In this document: positions 1 through 13,556 of the stretch, piece after piece
Layout of the letters: each line of letters opens with the position of its first letter
Position numbering within the stretch: position 1 is the stretch's first letter
From: the human T2T-CHM13v2.0 reference genome, Homo sapiens
Length of the DNA stretch: 64,000 bases
NCBI RefSeq assembly: GCF_009914755.1
Contig: NC_060928.1
Reading direction: 5' to 3' (one strand)
Position numbers and translations under genes: made by a program
The notes under the pieces: model-generated
Seen by the model: only the letters and a program-made list of their open reading frames with translations
Databases searched by the model: none
What the model was told of the DNA's origin: nothing

Positions 1-2153
<2,153 letters not shown>

Positions 2154-2971
2154 TCAGTATGGATATGAATTTCTATACCCTGACTTAGAGTAAACTCTTA
2201 AATAAAGAGTGGAAGAGAAGACAGGAAATACAAGTTAGGAACAGAATATTTGTAAAAGCTGTACTGGGGAAATTGAAAATGGAGATAGAGATAGGAGGTC
2301 TTGCAAAATCCTAGAGAGGAATAGCAGGTATGACAGCTAAAAAGTAGTTAATGCTTCCTATCCCCAGATCATTCCAGTGTTCACATTTAAAGCCTCAACA
2401 GTACCTACAACTTACCTATCCAGACTTCTCCAGGCTTTCACTTCAAGCCAGATAATACTGACAAGCCGTTAAGCACAAATCTAATGATGAGCCTTGCTCC
2501 TGGCTTCATTTTCACCTTGGAACCCAACATGAAGAACAATATGATTTTTCCACGTTCAAATTTTAAGATTGCCTTCCGGGGTCTGTGATCTTCTTTTCTT
2601 CTTTGCCAGAGTCCCAGGGACTCAATATGCTTCTCCTGCCTTGTTCATGTGGCTCTAGCTTATTTCTTACCTAGATTTTCACATCAATTATACCAACTAT
2701 GGAGTAGAACCCAATGACCACAGCTTCTGCTGATAATCTTGCAATCCTTGCACACAACCACACAAAAACAAGACACAAGGCTCCAAAATTCCTCCGAAGA
2801 AGTTTCTTTGGATTGACTGGTCTGTTTGATTTTGTTTGTTATTAGACTTTAAGGATATAAACAAGATAACCACACTACGTAAAGTTTTAAAAATCTAACA
2901 TAGTTTTGTTGCGAGCGTCCCCTATTGAATGAGTAACTGTGAATCTAGTTCCTTCTAACAGTAGTAACACT

Positions 2972-3145
2972 CGCTGGGTACTAGGCACTGTGCTAGGCAC
3001 TTTGCTAATATGCTTACCATTCACCAGAGCAAAGTAGGCATCCTGGTGTCCATCTCACAGAGGAGGAAAATGAGACTAAGGGAAAGAGATTTACTAGGCT
3101 AAGGCCATAATTATTAAGTGTTGGAGCCAGTATAGAAACCACATT
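2972..3145 (-). mobile_element. MIR SINE fragment
   Basis: Antisense MIR core: aggcactgtgctaggcacttt...cagaggaggaaaatgagact...ggagccag. Confidence 0.6.
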
Positions 3146-3574
3146 TATTGATTTTCTCCAAAACCCCCATCCTGCCATGAGTGAGTAAAGTTCACCAAAC
3201 CCCTTTTATTCCCCAGTCCTTATAAGGTATGTCACAGTGACCTTATACTTCCATGCAGCCCTTTTTTCTAGAGTGTCAACTAATGACCTTTCTATTGTGT
3301 ATTTATCTTGTTGGTATTACTTGTGTTTAAGAAGCCTCTAAATTGATTGATGGTCATTTTCGTAGTCTTGCCCCACATAAGCACTATCTTTTTGGAGTCC
3401 CATACTAGACTGGACCTCCTGGGAAATGGTTTTTTGCTGGGAACATAGAAGTGTTCAACTAATCTTTGATGAATAAATGAACAAATAAATAAAATTGAAG
3501 AATATATGAATAGACAAGTTTTCTAATAGGTCATTCCTGCAGTTGTCATTTGCACTGTTCCAAGGCAATGTATC

Positions 3575-3715
3575 CTGTAGCAGAATTTAAAGCATACACT
3601 CAGGCATGGAAGTAGAATCCCAGCCTCACTGCTTCCAAAGTCTGTGAGTATGGACACATTATTTAACCACTGTATACCTCAGGTTGTTCATATGTACAGT
3701 GAGTAATAATTTACT
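3575..3715 (+). mobile_element. MIR SINE fragment
   Basis: gaatcccagcctcact...ttatttaaccactgtatacctcagg resembles the MIR core. Confidence 0.5.
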
Positions 3716-3896
3716 CTGGCATATGGAAGATCATATAAGATCATGAACGTGACTCAAATTGAATATTCATTGAATATCACTTTACATCTCTTTAAGACAA
3801 ATGTTGCAACCTGAGTTTTCTTCTAGTTTCCTTGTCTTGAACTAGTTCTCCTTTGCCTGGGTAATTGTATTGGTATCCTACCTAGCATCTAGAGAT

Positions 3897-4170
3897 GGAG
3901 TATATCCTAAAGGTTGAAACCCAGATTCTGGAAACAAAGTGCCTGCATTAAAGTCCAGGCCCCACCACATTGTAACTGTATGACCTCGGCAAAGTACCTT
4001 GATGGCACCTAGCCTCAGCCTCCTCCTCATCTGTAACATAGGGATAATTATAGTAGCTTCCTTCATGGGATGGAAGTTTATAATCAAATGACTTAATGTC
4101 TCTAAAGCACACAGAACCATATTTAGCCTCAGGAAAGGCACTCAGTGAATGTTTACTTTATTGTTACTAC
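3897..4170 (+). mobile_element. MIR SINE, near full length
   Basis: tgtatgacctcggcaaagtac...cctcatctgtaacatagggataat...gcactcagtgaatgttt. Confidence 0.75.
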
Positions 4171-4516
4171 TGCTAGCACTACTACTACTGCCAGTACTAC
4201 CACCAATACTACTTTAGGCACTTAAGCAAAATGCTTCTACAATGTTCTTCTTGGAGGTAGGACTCTACTTGAATCTGCCTACTGTTGGTTTCTACCTACT
4301 TAGTAGGTGTTTACTACTGGATAGCACAAGTGTCATTTGTCCATCTGTCTCAACTATCTGGGTTGTTTGCTGCAGAAAATTGCCCCCAAGTACTTGCAAT
4401 ATGCTGAAATTTACCTATCTCAACTTCAGGGTCTATTTATCCCTGATCTTTCCCATTTTGAGATTTATAGAGTAGCATCATTCCAATATTAAGTCATCTC
4501 TAGATCACTGAATGCG

Positions 4517-4551
4517 GTGTGTGTGCATGTGTGTGTGTGTGTGTGTGTGTG
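4517..4551. repeat. (TG)n microsatellite
   Basis: Directly visible TG run with one interruption. Confidence 0.95.
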
Positions 4552-5642
4552 AATACATATCACTTCTGCTGTCATTTGCTTCCTCTTTGCCGTGAGCAAT
4601 GATTTCTCATTTCCAGCAGTGTGTTTGTTCATAGCAGCCCTTCTTCTTCTGATGTGATGTCTGTAATCTGCTGTGGTTCTGCCAACTGGGAAAACCCAGT
4701 TTGTTTGAATTGTGTGTACAGTAAGTGTAAAGAGAGTCTGACAGAGAGCCTCTGGGAATCTCCCATGAGTCAAGACAGTGAGAGTCATCATGTGAACATT
4801 GTAACATAGAGTCTGGCTGCTTAGAAGATTCCTTTTAGCTCACTTTCTTGCTCTTGGTTGTTGTCCAGAAGAGGTAAGCTTTGCCAGGCATCTGAGTCTT
4901 GGAGTGGTCGGGCATTATTATTCTACTTTCATTACTAGGAATACAAAAGGCATTCAACTCAATTTTTGTTTATGGCATTGAAATATTCTGAGCCATATAT
5001 TAATAAGACCAGAGGAAGTGTACTATACATTTTCTGGAGAAAGGTGTGTGAGGATTTTGACAATCTAAACTCCAAAACCCCTTCCAGTGTTCATACATTC
5101 TGCACAGTCTGAATCTTTGTCCAGGACAGATACTCACTCTCCCAGGTTCTCTGGCCCCAGAAGCCAGAGTGAAGAACTGTGTGGGGCAATAGGCATGGCA
5201 ATGTCTAGGACTCAGTGGCAATAATGCCAGTGGTGGTACTGGTGGTAACGGGTGCAGTGCAGTGTTCAGGATTTGACAGCAGCAACAGCAAGGCTGCCCT
5301 AAATGTCTGTCTCTGTGATGCTTATTTTGACTGTGGATCCAATCTGCTGACCTCTTCCAGTCTCCTCTCATTTTCCAAGCCTGGTTCTCTAGCTTTCAAC
5401 AGTACCATTACTATCTAATAATTTTCCAGTAAATTGCTTATACGCTTAAGTTAATCAGCACCAGTTCTGTTGTTTTCAGCTAAGAACCTTGTGTAGGACA
5501 CATGGGTGATTCCTTATTTTTCTATCTAAATCGTATATATAAGAAGTACTTGATTTCAAAGGATGGTTGAGCCATACATTAGATTATGTTCAGTAAATTT
5601 TATTGTCATATCTTCATTAACACAATTATTCAGAGGAGACTG

Positions 5643-6008
5643 TGTATTAGTCTGTCCTTATACTGCTAATGAAGACATACTTGAGACTGGGTAATTTATA
5701 AGGAAAAAAAGGTTTAATGGACCCACAGTTCTAGGTAGTTGGGGAGACCTCACAATCATGGTGGAAGGCAAAGGAGGAACAAAGTCATGTCTTACATGGC
5801 AGCAGGCAAAAGGATGTGTGCAGGGGAACTCCCCCTTATAAAACCATCTGATCTCATGAGACTTATTCATTATCATAAGAACAGCACAGGAAAGACCCTC
5901 CCCGATGACTCAATTACCTTCTACCACGTCCCTCTCACCACATGTGGGAATTAAGGGAGCTACAATTCAAGATGAGATTTGGGTAGGGGACACAGCCAAA
6001 CCATATCA
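5643..6008 (-). mobile_element. THE1-family (ERVL-MaLR) solo LTR
   Basis: Starts tgtattagtctg and ends gacacagccaaaccatatca (reverse complement of the THE1 start TGATATGGTTTGGCTGTGTCC); 366 bp. Confidence 0.92.
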
Positions 6009-9000
6009 GGTGGCAAAATTCTAATTTGACTCACTCCTTCCTACTTACTTTACTCCCCTGAGCATCTTACAACTGAGCAAGTAGTGTTTAAATCATTTTC
6101 CAAAAATCACTTATTTAAATAAAAAGAAAGAATTACAAAATTCTTTCCAGAGAAAGATTCGTTTGGAGGAACAAACCCAGTGATGTCCTTGCTAATATGA
6201 AGTACATAGTAATTATTTTCTGACAGCAGAGAAAAACAAAAGGTAAACTGTGAGTACAGTTTTACGTTAGTATTTGTGTTGGGGTATGCTAACTTCCTGG
6301 AAGAGTGGAAAGAGCCACAGGAAAGCATCAACTTAAAATGAACACAAATATGTTTACTCAATTACTTTGCTGTTCCCTAGTTCCTGAAAAGGATTTCAAA
6401 AAAGAATCAGTCTTTCCATGTGGCTCATGAGTATTAACTATCAAAGAAAGTTATGTGGGGGTATGTGTGTGTGCATGCCTGTGCTCACACAAGAGAAAAA
6501 GAGAGATGCAAGGGAAAGAGATGTTCTTGTTGCTTAGAAAGAACCAGAGATGAGATCTAGGATATCAGTAAAATAATGTCCATTTGTCCCAAGGACATTT
6601 CTTATTCCTGGTTCCAATTTGTCTTGAGACTCAATTCTTTTCTGGCCATGTGTTCTGCATAAACTCCTGTGTTCTGAAAAGAAACTTGTTGATTTTGGTT
6701 ATTTGCCACTAAAAAATCTTGACTAATGCAGGAATAGATCAGGATCTATAGATCAAATAGGTTAGCATCTCTTAAAATGTTACATACAATTATATTTTAT
6801 AATAAAAATATATGATAAAATATGCAAATAAAAAGATACATTAATATACATTTTTATAATAAAAAAGCTACACTATATTTATTTGGAGAGGAATAAAGCC
6901 AGTCCCCTAAATTTTAAGTTTGTTCTAAATCTTTCAAATGATAGCGGAATGATCTTCCCATACTTATCAAGAAGTGACAGGAGTTAGGAATTTAAAACCT
7001 GTTTTTGAATCATTTGATTTGTAAAATGTTTCTCAAGGCTTCAACACAATATAATTGGCTGCCTATCCTCTTCTTTGAACTGAATGTAAATGACCTGTCA
7101 ATTTCTGCATATGGCTTTCTAAATTTAGGCGATAAGATAATTTACATTTACAAGGGGTAACCCAAGGAGATGCATAGTGCAACTCTATAACTAATTCAGG
7201 CTAAAGGATTGTGATGGAGACTCTTATTTGGTGAAGAAATAAATCTTATTAAATAATAAACATAAAGCATAACTATAAGAATGGTGAGAAAAGGAAGATG
7301 GCAAAGTCATAGTAGTTTTTCAGAAAGTAGAATCCAAATAAATATATTTAGAGAGACTGTTATAGAATCATCATCTATATTGAATTTTTGCAGAAAATAT
7401 GCAAATTGCAAAAATATGCAAATAAAAACACTTTATCCCATTAAGGTATTTTGAAAAGAAAAGCAGATTCAAAATACATTCAAGCTTCATACTATTCTAG
7501 CTAAGTACAAGCACTTAAAAAATAAGAAAACAATGATTGACCTGGACAATATATTTAAGATATTTGGGCCATGTCAATATAGAGTACTGTAAAGGGAAGA
7601 TTTCCTTCTTATTCATGTGGATTTAGTGTTACATGATGAAAAGACTCCATCTAGCATAAGGGTGAGATAAATCTGGTTCACATTCTAGCTTTGCCAACTT
7701 TTAGCTATCTGAATTTGGACAAGTCATTTAAAGTCTCAGCCTCTTGTACTTATCTACAAGACTGAGTTGTTAGCAGAATTAAAAGATGTGGAAGTTAGCT
7801 TCTGCTCAATAAAAATATGAGTCAATGTAAATAGGCAATGTAGCTAACATTGCCATCCAAGTAGAGTGTTTTATACACCATATTATTTGGTTTGCCTACC
7901 CACCAGTATAAATTTTATAGAGAAGTGCAAATGATGTTTAATCAATTTGGCTAAATGGATCTTGTTATACGTTGGCAGCCACGTGGTATATTATAAATGA
8001 TCTATGGCTTCATGTTCGGAGATCTAGTTTTGACATTGGCTCTGCTATCCAGCAACTGAGTGAACCTAAACATGCCACTAAAATCACTCGAGCTTCACAT
8101 TAAAAATTGGAGAGGAGAGGGAAATAATGTTAATGCAGAACCTATTTTAGAAGGTTAGACTAAAAGTAAATGAGCTAACATGTATGAAAGTGCTTTGTAA
8201 AAAGCAACTCTCCAAATAAGTATCAGATGATGAAACAAGCAAGAGGAGGGTTTTGTAAGGTACTGTATTTGAGATTGTCATGAAGGAGAAAAAAAGAAAA
8301 ACAACCTTGGCAATTACAAAATGAAAATAAAATATTTAATTTAGAAATACAAAATAATCTACAAACTTTTACTTCAAACTTCTTTAACTTTCTTCTACTT
8401 TGTGTGGCATGCATAGTGCTCTCATAGCAATGTGTTTAGAAGGTTGTAAGAGGAAGGCTGCTCAAAAAATACATTACGCAGATTTGGAAGGGGGTGGAGG
8501 TAAAGTTAGAATTTCTGAGTCATGAAAACATCAGAGCGCTTTCTGAAAGGTGTAACTTTATTTAAAACTGTGCTGCTGTGAATTCTATCATGCCACAGAC
8601 ACCTCTGAATCAACAGTCTCTGTTGGCAAATTGTTATGCTGACAAATTCTCACAAAGACTGAAAATTTCCATTTTGTAAACAAATAAGTGGGTTCCTAAT
8701 GATCTAGCTTACCACCTAGAACTTTGAAAAGTGGAACCCTGGCTTGAGTGACCCTGAATAATCTATTTCTCACATTAGCAAAGCAGATTCAATTATTTAT
8801 CACCCAAATCATAGAGCCACTGTATGAATGTAATATTAAGTCTGATACTCTTCTTCAAGCTAGGGAAGCAAGAACAGCACATCACTGACTTCACTGGGTG
8901 GAGTCCCTAAAATAGTAAGAGTGGCATGATGTGCTAATGTGGTCTTCTTCATGACACTAGGGGCTCTATTTCACTTCTATCCATAACAGAACAAATTTAT

Positions 9001-10120
9001 TTCATGGAAGAATGATCCACAGGTTTCCTGACCAGGATATTTGATGTACACACATGGGAATGCACCTGCAGGCAAATACAGGTTGGGTGATGGGCACTCT
9101 TTCTGCTGGGTCACAGTCAGTCACAGGGACTCTAGTTTTGTGCCTTTTGATCACTACCTCCAGCACCTACGAGGAATGAACTGGACATGTGACATAGCCA
9201 CGAAGCTGGGGGAAAAATCATCAGCCATCACAGTGAAGGGAAGTAGGTGAGGTACATGTGCATACCATAGACTTCGGAGCAAGCAAAGTGCACATATGTT
9301 ACAAAAGGTAATGAATGCACATAACAAAAGATATACAGGAACAGTAGTGTCCAAGAAGGGATGTCAGACTTGGAGATAGGAGGTGCTGGGCCCAGACCCT
9401 CGATGTAGTGCGATTAAATGAGATGCCTATTAAAAGCCTAACAGCAGGTCAAGAATATGGGAAATCCTCATATATCAGTATTATTAGGAAGTAATTTTCT
9501 TTCCACTCATTTAATAAAATTACAATTTGGGCACCACCTACATATTAAAGGGGGTTTCATTTCATGATCACAAGGCTCCTTCTAGCTCAGTGAGTAGAAT
9601 GAAGCTAGTGGTAATTTTACCTTTGGGCACCCTTGTTTTATAAAGAGCTAGCTCCCATTGTTTTATAAGGATAAGGCACCTGTCTAGCCTACTAATTGGT
9701 GGTAGCGTGAGAGGATGGAGAGGGGAATGCTTGTTTTTGATCACAGTCTTGGTCCCAGGCTCATTTTTTCATGTACTTTCACCTTCCCATTTCTAGATGC
9801 TTTAAATTCTCCAGCCCATGTCTGGGATGGTACAGATTTACCTGTGGTCTCATGAAGAAAGAGCAGGACCCAAAAGAAACACAGAATCTGGAAGTGTTTG
9901 TCATCAGATCAACAACCTAGAAGTTGGAAGAGTCTAGTCCTGTGTGATCATGAAGACAATGATCTTCTTTCCTATCTAGAACGCAGAAATGATATCCAGC
10001 CTTCCACACCTGTGAACACAGGCCTGAGCACCCACTGTCCAGGTTAACAAAGATGTCCTCAAGGGCCAGACCTGAGCAAAATTAGAAAATAGAGGTGGTA
10101 TGTTGCAAGAAGCACTGGAA

Positions 10121-10400
10121 CAGAAGCTGTGATACCTGGATCCTGGCTCTGCCATTAACTCATTATGTGACCTTGAACAAGTCATTTCACTTGTTTTGAG
10201 TCTTGGTTTTGAGTCATTTGACTTGGTTTGAGTCATTTCATTTTTTGAGCCTTGGTTTTCTTGTGTAAAGTGTTTTAAACATAAGAAATGTTATTACATT
10301 TTACACATAAGAAAACCAAGCCTCAAAAAAGTTAAATGACTTGTTCAAGGTCACATAACTCATTAATGGTAGAGCCAGGATCCAGGTATCACGGCTCCTG
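10121..10400. repeat. Long inverted repeat made of two opposed MIR-core-derived arms
   Basis: 10129-10190 matches the reverse complement of 10331-10392 at 56/62 positions; inner stem 10241-10269 pairs with ~10299-10330. Confidence 0.95.
10245..10326 (-). ncRNA. MIR4801: MIR4801 precursor hairpin; mature sequence at about 10246-10267 (UACACAAGAAAACCAAGGCUCA)
   Basis: 82-nt stem-loop visible in the sequence; the minus strand matches miR-4801 as I recall it, and its position just upstream of NWD2 fits. Confidence 0.85.
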
Positions 10401-10731
10401 TCATGGTTCAAAAACTCCCAGTATTTATGGACAAGAAGAAAACGTTTAGAAAATATTTTAATCGGATATAAAAAAACAAAGTTGTCTTGAAAATCAGGGT
10501 CAGCCTTCCACAATCATGCCCTCTCCCTCTCATTTGTCTCTCTCTCTCTAATTCTTTCTTTCTGGTTCCTCAGGTTAAGAAATAAATCTAAATAATTTAT
10601 AATAAAGTGTTATCACCATAGGTGACACCTCCTTTATTGGTATTTGTGTGCTAAGAAATCAATATCTGGTGTTAGGATGTCAGATGCTTGCAAGCTGAAG
10701 AATGTGGAAGAAGATTGTTTTTGCATGTACA

Positions 10732-10734
<3 letters not shown>

Positions 10735-10779
<45 letters not shown>

Positions 10780-10784
10780 TGTGT
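10735..10784. repeat. (TG)n microsatellite, Z-DNA-prone
   Basis: About 50 bp of near-pure GT alternation. Confidence 0.95.
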
Positions 10785-11723
10785 TTTGAGGGAGGTGAGT
10801 AATTGGTATCCTTCTTAGGTAGAATACTCCAAAGACAGCAGCCTCTCTAGCTGAGGCAAAGCTGGCTGTGCAAAGAGCCTTTTACAGCGTGGCCCACAGA
10901 CAATGTGAAATTCTCTCTCCTCTGCAGCCTTGGTCTGCAGTGACACTGGCAGATGCTAAACTTCGGCCTGTCTAGAACAGTTAATTAGGTTATAGAGGCT
11001 GCCAAAAATCCCAAAGTCATCCAAAGAAAATGCAACACTTTGAGATCTGAAGCAAAGGTCAGAAGACACAAACACTAATCCTATTTCTGAGAAGAGAGAA
11101 ACAAACAAAGAAGTAAGAGAAAAAAGAAAGGCAGGAAGGCAGGTCCCTGACAATCTGGCAACTTCTAATCACTCTTTTATAAACAATATTGAGATCAGGC
11201 ATAAAGTGATCCTAGCTCTTTTCTCCAGTAATAGATACTGTATATTCATACACGATGATATGCAATAAATACCGCATATTCATGACCTTTCCACAGCTCT
11301 CAGTCCATACCTCTTGAGACAATAGAGGATCTTTCAGGGACCCCCTTCCTGCTGAGAACATTTCCACCCGAGAATGACTCTGGAGTGAAGAAATTGAATC
11401 AATTAAATAACTGGGTATGTTCAAGCCTTCTTTACGGGTTGCATCAAATTATCACAAAGTAAGAACTGCTGCTGTCTGCCCCCTGGTTCTCAGGAGTGGA
11501 GAGGCAGCCTTACAAACCTAGAGACCCAATTCTTCCAAAGAGGTTACCCCAGAACGTGTGTGTTGGGGCTGGGGTGGGGTAAAAAAATGAACAGCAGTGC
11601 ATAGGACTTCACTGCCACCAGCAGGCCCCAGAGGAAGTGCAGGCCCAGAGGAGGCCGGGCTGCTTAGGTTAGGACCATCCAGGCAAGAAGAGAACACTTG
11701 CGTCTGAACTGCCTCACCCTGTG

Positions 11724-11741
11724 CCCGCCCACCCCCTCCCC
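11724..11741 (-). promoter_or_regulatory. G-quadruplex-type motif / Sp-KLF GC box
   Basis: CCCGCCCACCCCCTCCCC; the minus strand GGGGAGGGGGTGGGCGGG has four runs of 3 or more G with 1-nt loops. Confidence 0.55.
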
Positions 11742-12491
11742 AATCTCAGAGATTTGGAAAAACTGTTCTTCTTCCCTAAAAGACAGGTGTTCCTGCCCAG
11801 AAGCCCAGAATAAGTGATTTATTGACTAAACTGCAATTAAGGCTACAAACACTCCCTTCTCCCTGCGCCGTTGGCCCCCAACACAATTACACTTTATTTT
11901 GCGAGGTCTTCGTTCCTGTCCTGGCTTATGCAGTATTTCCATGGGTGCAGTGGAGTGGAAGGGAGACGGCGATTTTACATCTGGGTCCCTCTGCGTCTCA
12001 TGTCACCTAGGACGTGGACTGGACCCCTGCGCCGTCCACCTTGAGCCCGGAACCCGAGGACGGCCCCGCGTCCTCTGTGGCCGCCCTGGATCAACTTCAG
12101 GTGGAGCTGACCTACGCGTTGCACTGACTTTGAAGAGCGGCTGAAGCGCACACAAGAAGCTGCTGCCCACAGCCAGCTCCGATTTCTCGCACCCCGGTCC
12201 CAATCCACGGCCACCTGCACTTTGCGTAACGTTGCGCTGGGGGGCGCTCCAGAGAACCCACACCCTCCCGCCCGGCCCAGGTGCGCACCCGGCCGCGCGG
12301 GGCTCCAGCAACCTGGCGGCCGACGGGCCCGGGAGCTGTCAGGCGAGCAGAACAGCCGGTGAGTGCGCCTTGATGGGAGCAGAAAGGCCCCTAGGAACCT
12401 TGGAGGCCTCGGAGGAACTACCCGCGGAGATCCGCTCCCAGAAAGGTTCCGGGACCACGCGGCGAGGAGCACGTGAACGGCGCAGCTTGGC

Positions 12492-12499
12492 TATAAAAA
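12492..12499 (+). promoter_or_regulatory. Candidate TATA box (TATAAAAA) with an E-box CACGTG about 20 bp upstream
   Basis: gcacgtga...ggctataaaaacccg is a consensus TATAWAW in a GC-rich context; actual use cannot be shown from sequence. Confidence 0.45.
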
Positions 12500-13216
12500 C
12501 CCCGCTCAAGCGAGCGTGGGGAGCAACCGGAGCGGCAGGACGCTGCCACCTGCGCCAGGAGAGATAGGGATGAAGCGATCGTCCCTCCAGGACGCCAGAG
12601 ACAATCTGGAGACTTGATGCTTTAAACTCTCCGGGTCTGGCTTGGGGTTGTGTGCGTCGAACTTTGAGGCTGGATTCCCTGCACTTGGGCAGAGACGCAC
12701 AGACGCCCGAGCGTGTGGATTCCCGAAAATTCTCAGGGCTTGTGTGACCTTTAGGAGAGTTGGAGGGGGCGTAGTAGAAATCTCAGGCTAATTGATTTCT
12801 TGTCCTCCACCACGGAGGCAGACAGGAGCCCTCGGCTGTCCACAGAGGAGTCCAGGAGGCTCCTGCGCACCCCCGAGGCCCCCGCGCCCAAGCCCCGGCC
12901 GTCCTCTAAGCCGCAAGTTATTTCTGCGCCCGAGAGAGGCGGGCTCGGATAAAGTCGGGACGCCTTCTGGTACATAAAGTTTCATCTGCTCTCCTCGCTC
13001 GCACGGTCCCTGCCGCCTGGCGGCCCCCTCCTCCCACGGCGGGCGCGGGCGGGGAGATGGCCGCCGGCGCTTCCCGGCGCAAACGGGCGCTGCGCGCGTA
13101 GCCGCCGCCACGCTGACCTCCCGCTCCAGCTGGCTGCTGCTCGGAGCCCTAGCAGCGGGCGAAGGCGGAGGCCCAGAAGGGCAGGAGACCGCCGCGACAG
13201 GAGCCCGAGGGTCCGT

Positions 13217-13291
13217 ATGGCTTCTCCTCGCCGGCGGGTGCTGTGCGCCACGGAGCTCGCCAAAGGCGCTTCGGGCTCGGAGCGGCTCTGA
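13217..13291 (+). other. Candidate uORF (MASPRRRVLCATELAKGASGSERL*) in the NWD2 5' leader
   Basis: ATG at 13217 (+4 G), TGA at 13289-13291; same frame as the main ATG, 189 nt upstream of it. Confidence 0.55.
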
Positions 13292-13405
13292 GCCGCGCCG
13301 CCTGCTGAGATCGACCGCCTGCTGAGCCGTTCCGTGGAGCTGCGGGCAGGAACCTGAGGAGCAGGAGGTGGCGGCGGCGGCAGTGGCTGTTCCTCCCAGA
13401 GGGCG

Positions 13406-13556
13406 ATGTGGCCGGCCGGCGCGGGCACCAAGCTGCCCTGTCCCCGAGACTCTGCGCTCCGGCGGGCGGCTTTCTCTGGGAACCTCACGGCCCTGCCCTC
13501 TCACCTCGTGCCCGCCGGCCGCAGCGTCCGGGTCTTCATCAGCGCCAACCCTGAAG
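13406..13556 (+). CDS. NWD2: NWD2 coding exon 1 (151 nt, 50 codons + 1 nt; phase-1 intron follows)
   Basis: Translation MWPAGAGTKLPCPRDSALRRAAFSGNLTALPSHLVPAGRSVRVFISANPE matches the NWD2 N-terminus as I recall it (continues DTGAERQ..., consistent with the leftover G); GAAG|GTACGT donor; lies inside the CpG island. Confidence 0.95.

Noticed and set aside
11612-11630. CTCF-like motif ccaccagcaggccc (and another near 12541-12558)
   Set aside because: Only partial matches to the core; cannot be supported without a PWM score or ChIP data.
12788-13504. 238-aa and 168-aa antisense ORFs and other overlapping ORFs in the CpG island
   Set aside because: Stop-poor GC-rich DNA gives long Arg/Pro/Ala/Gly-rich frames by chance; many lack a true ATG and none has a recognisable domain.
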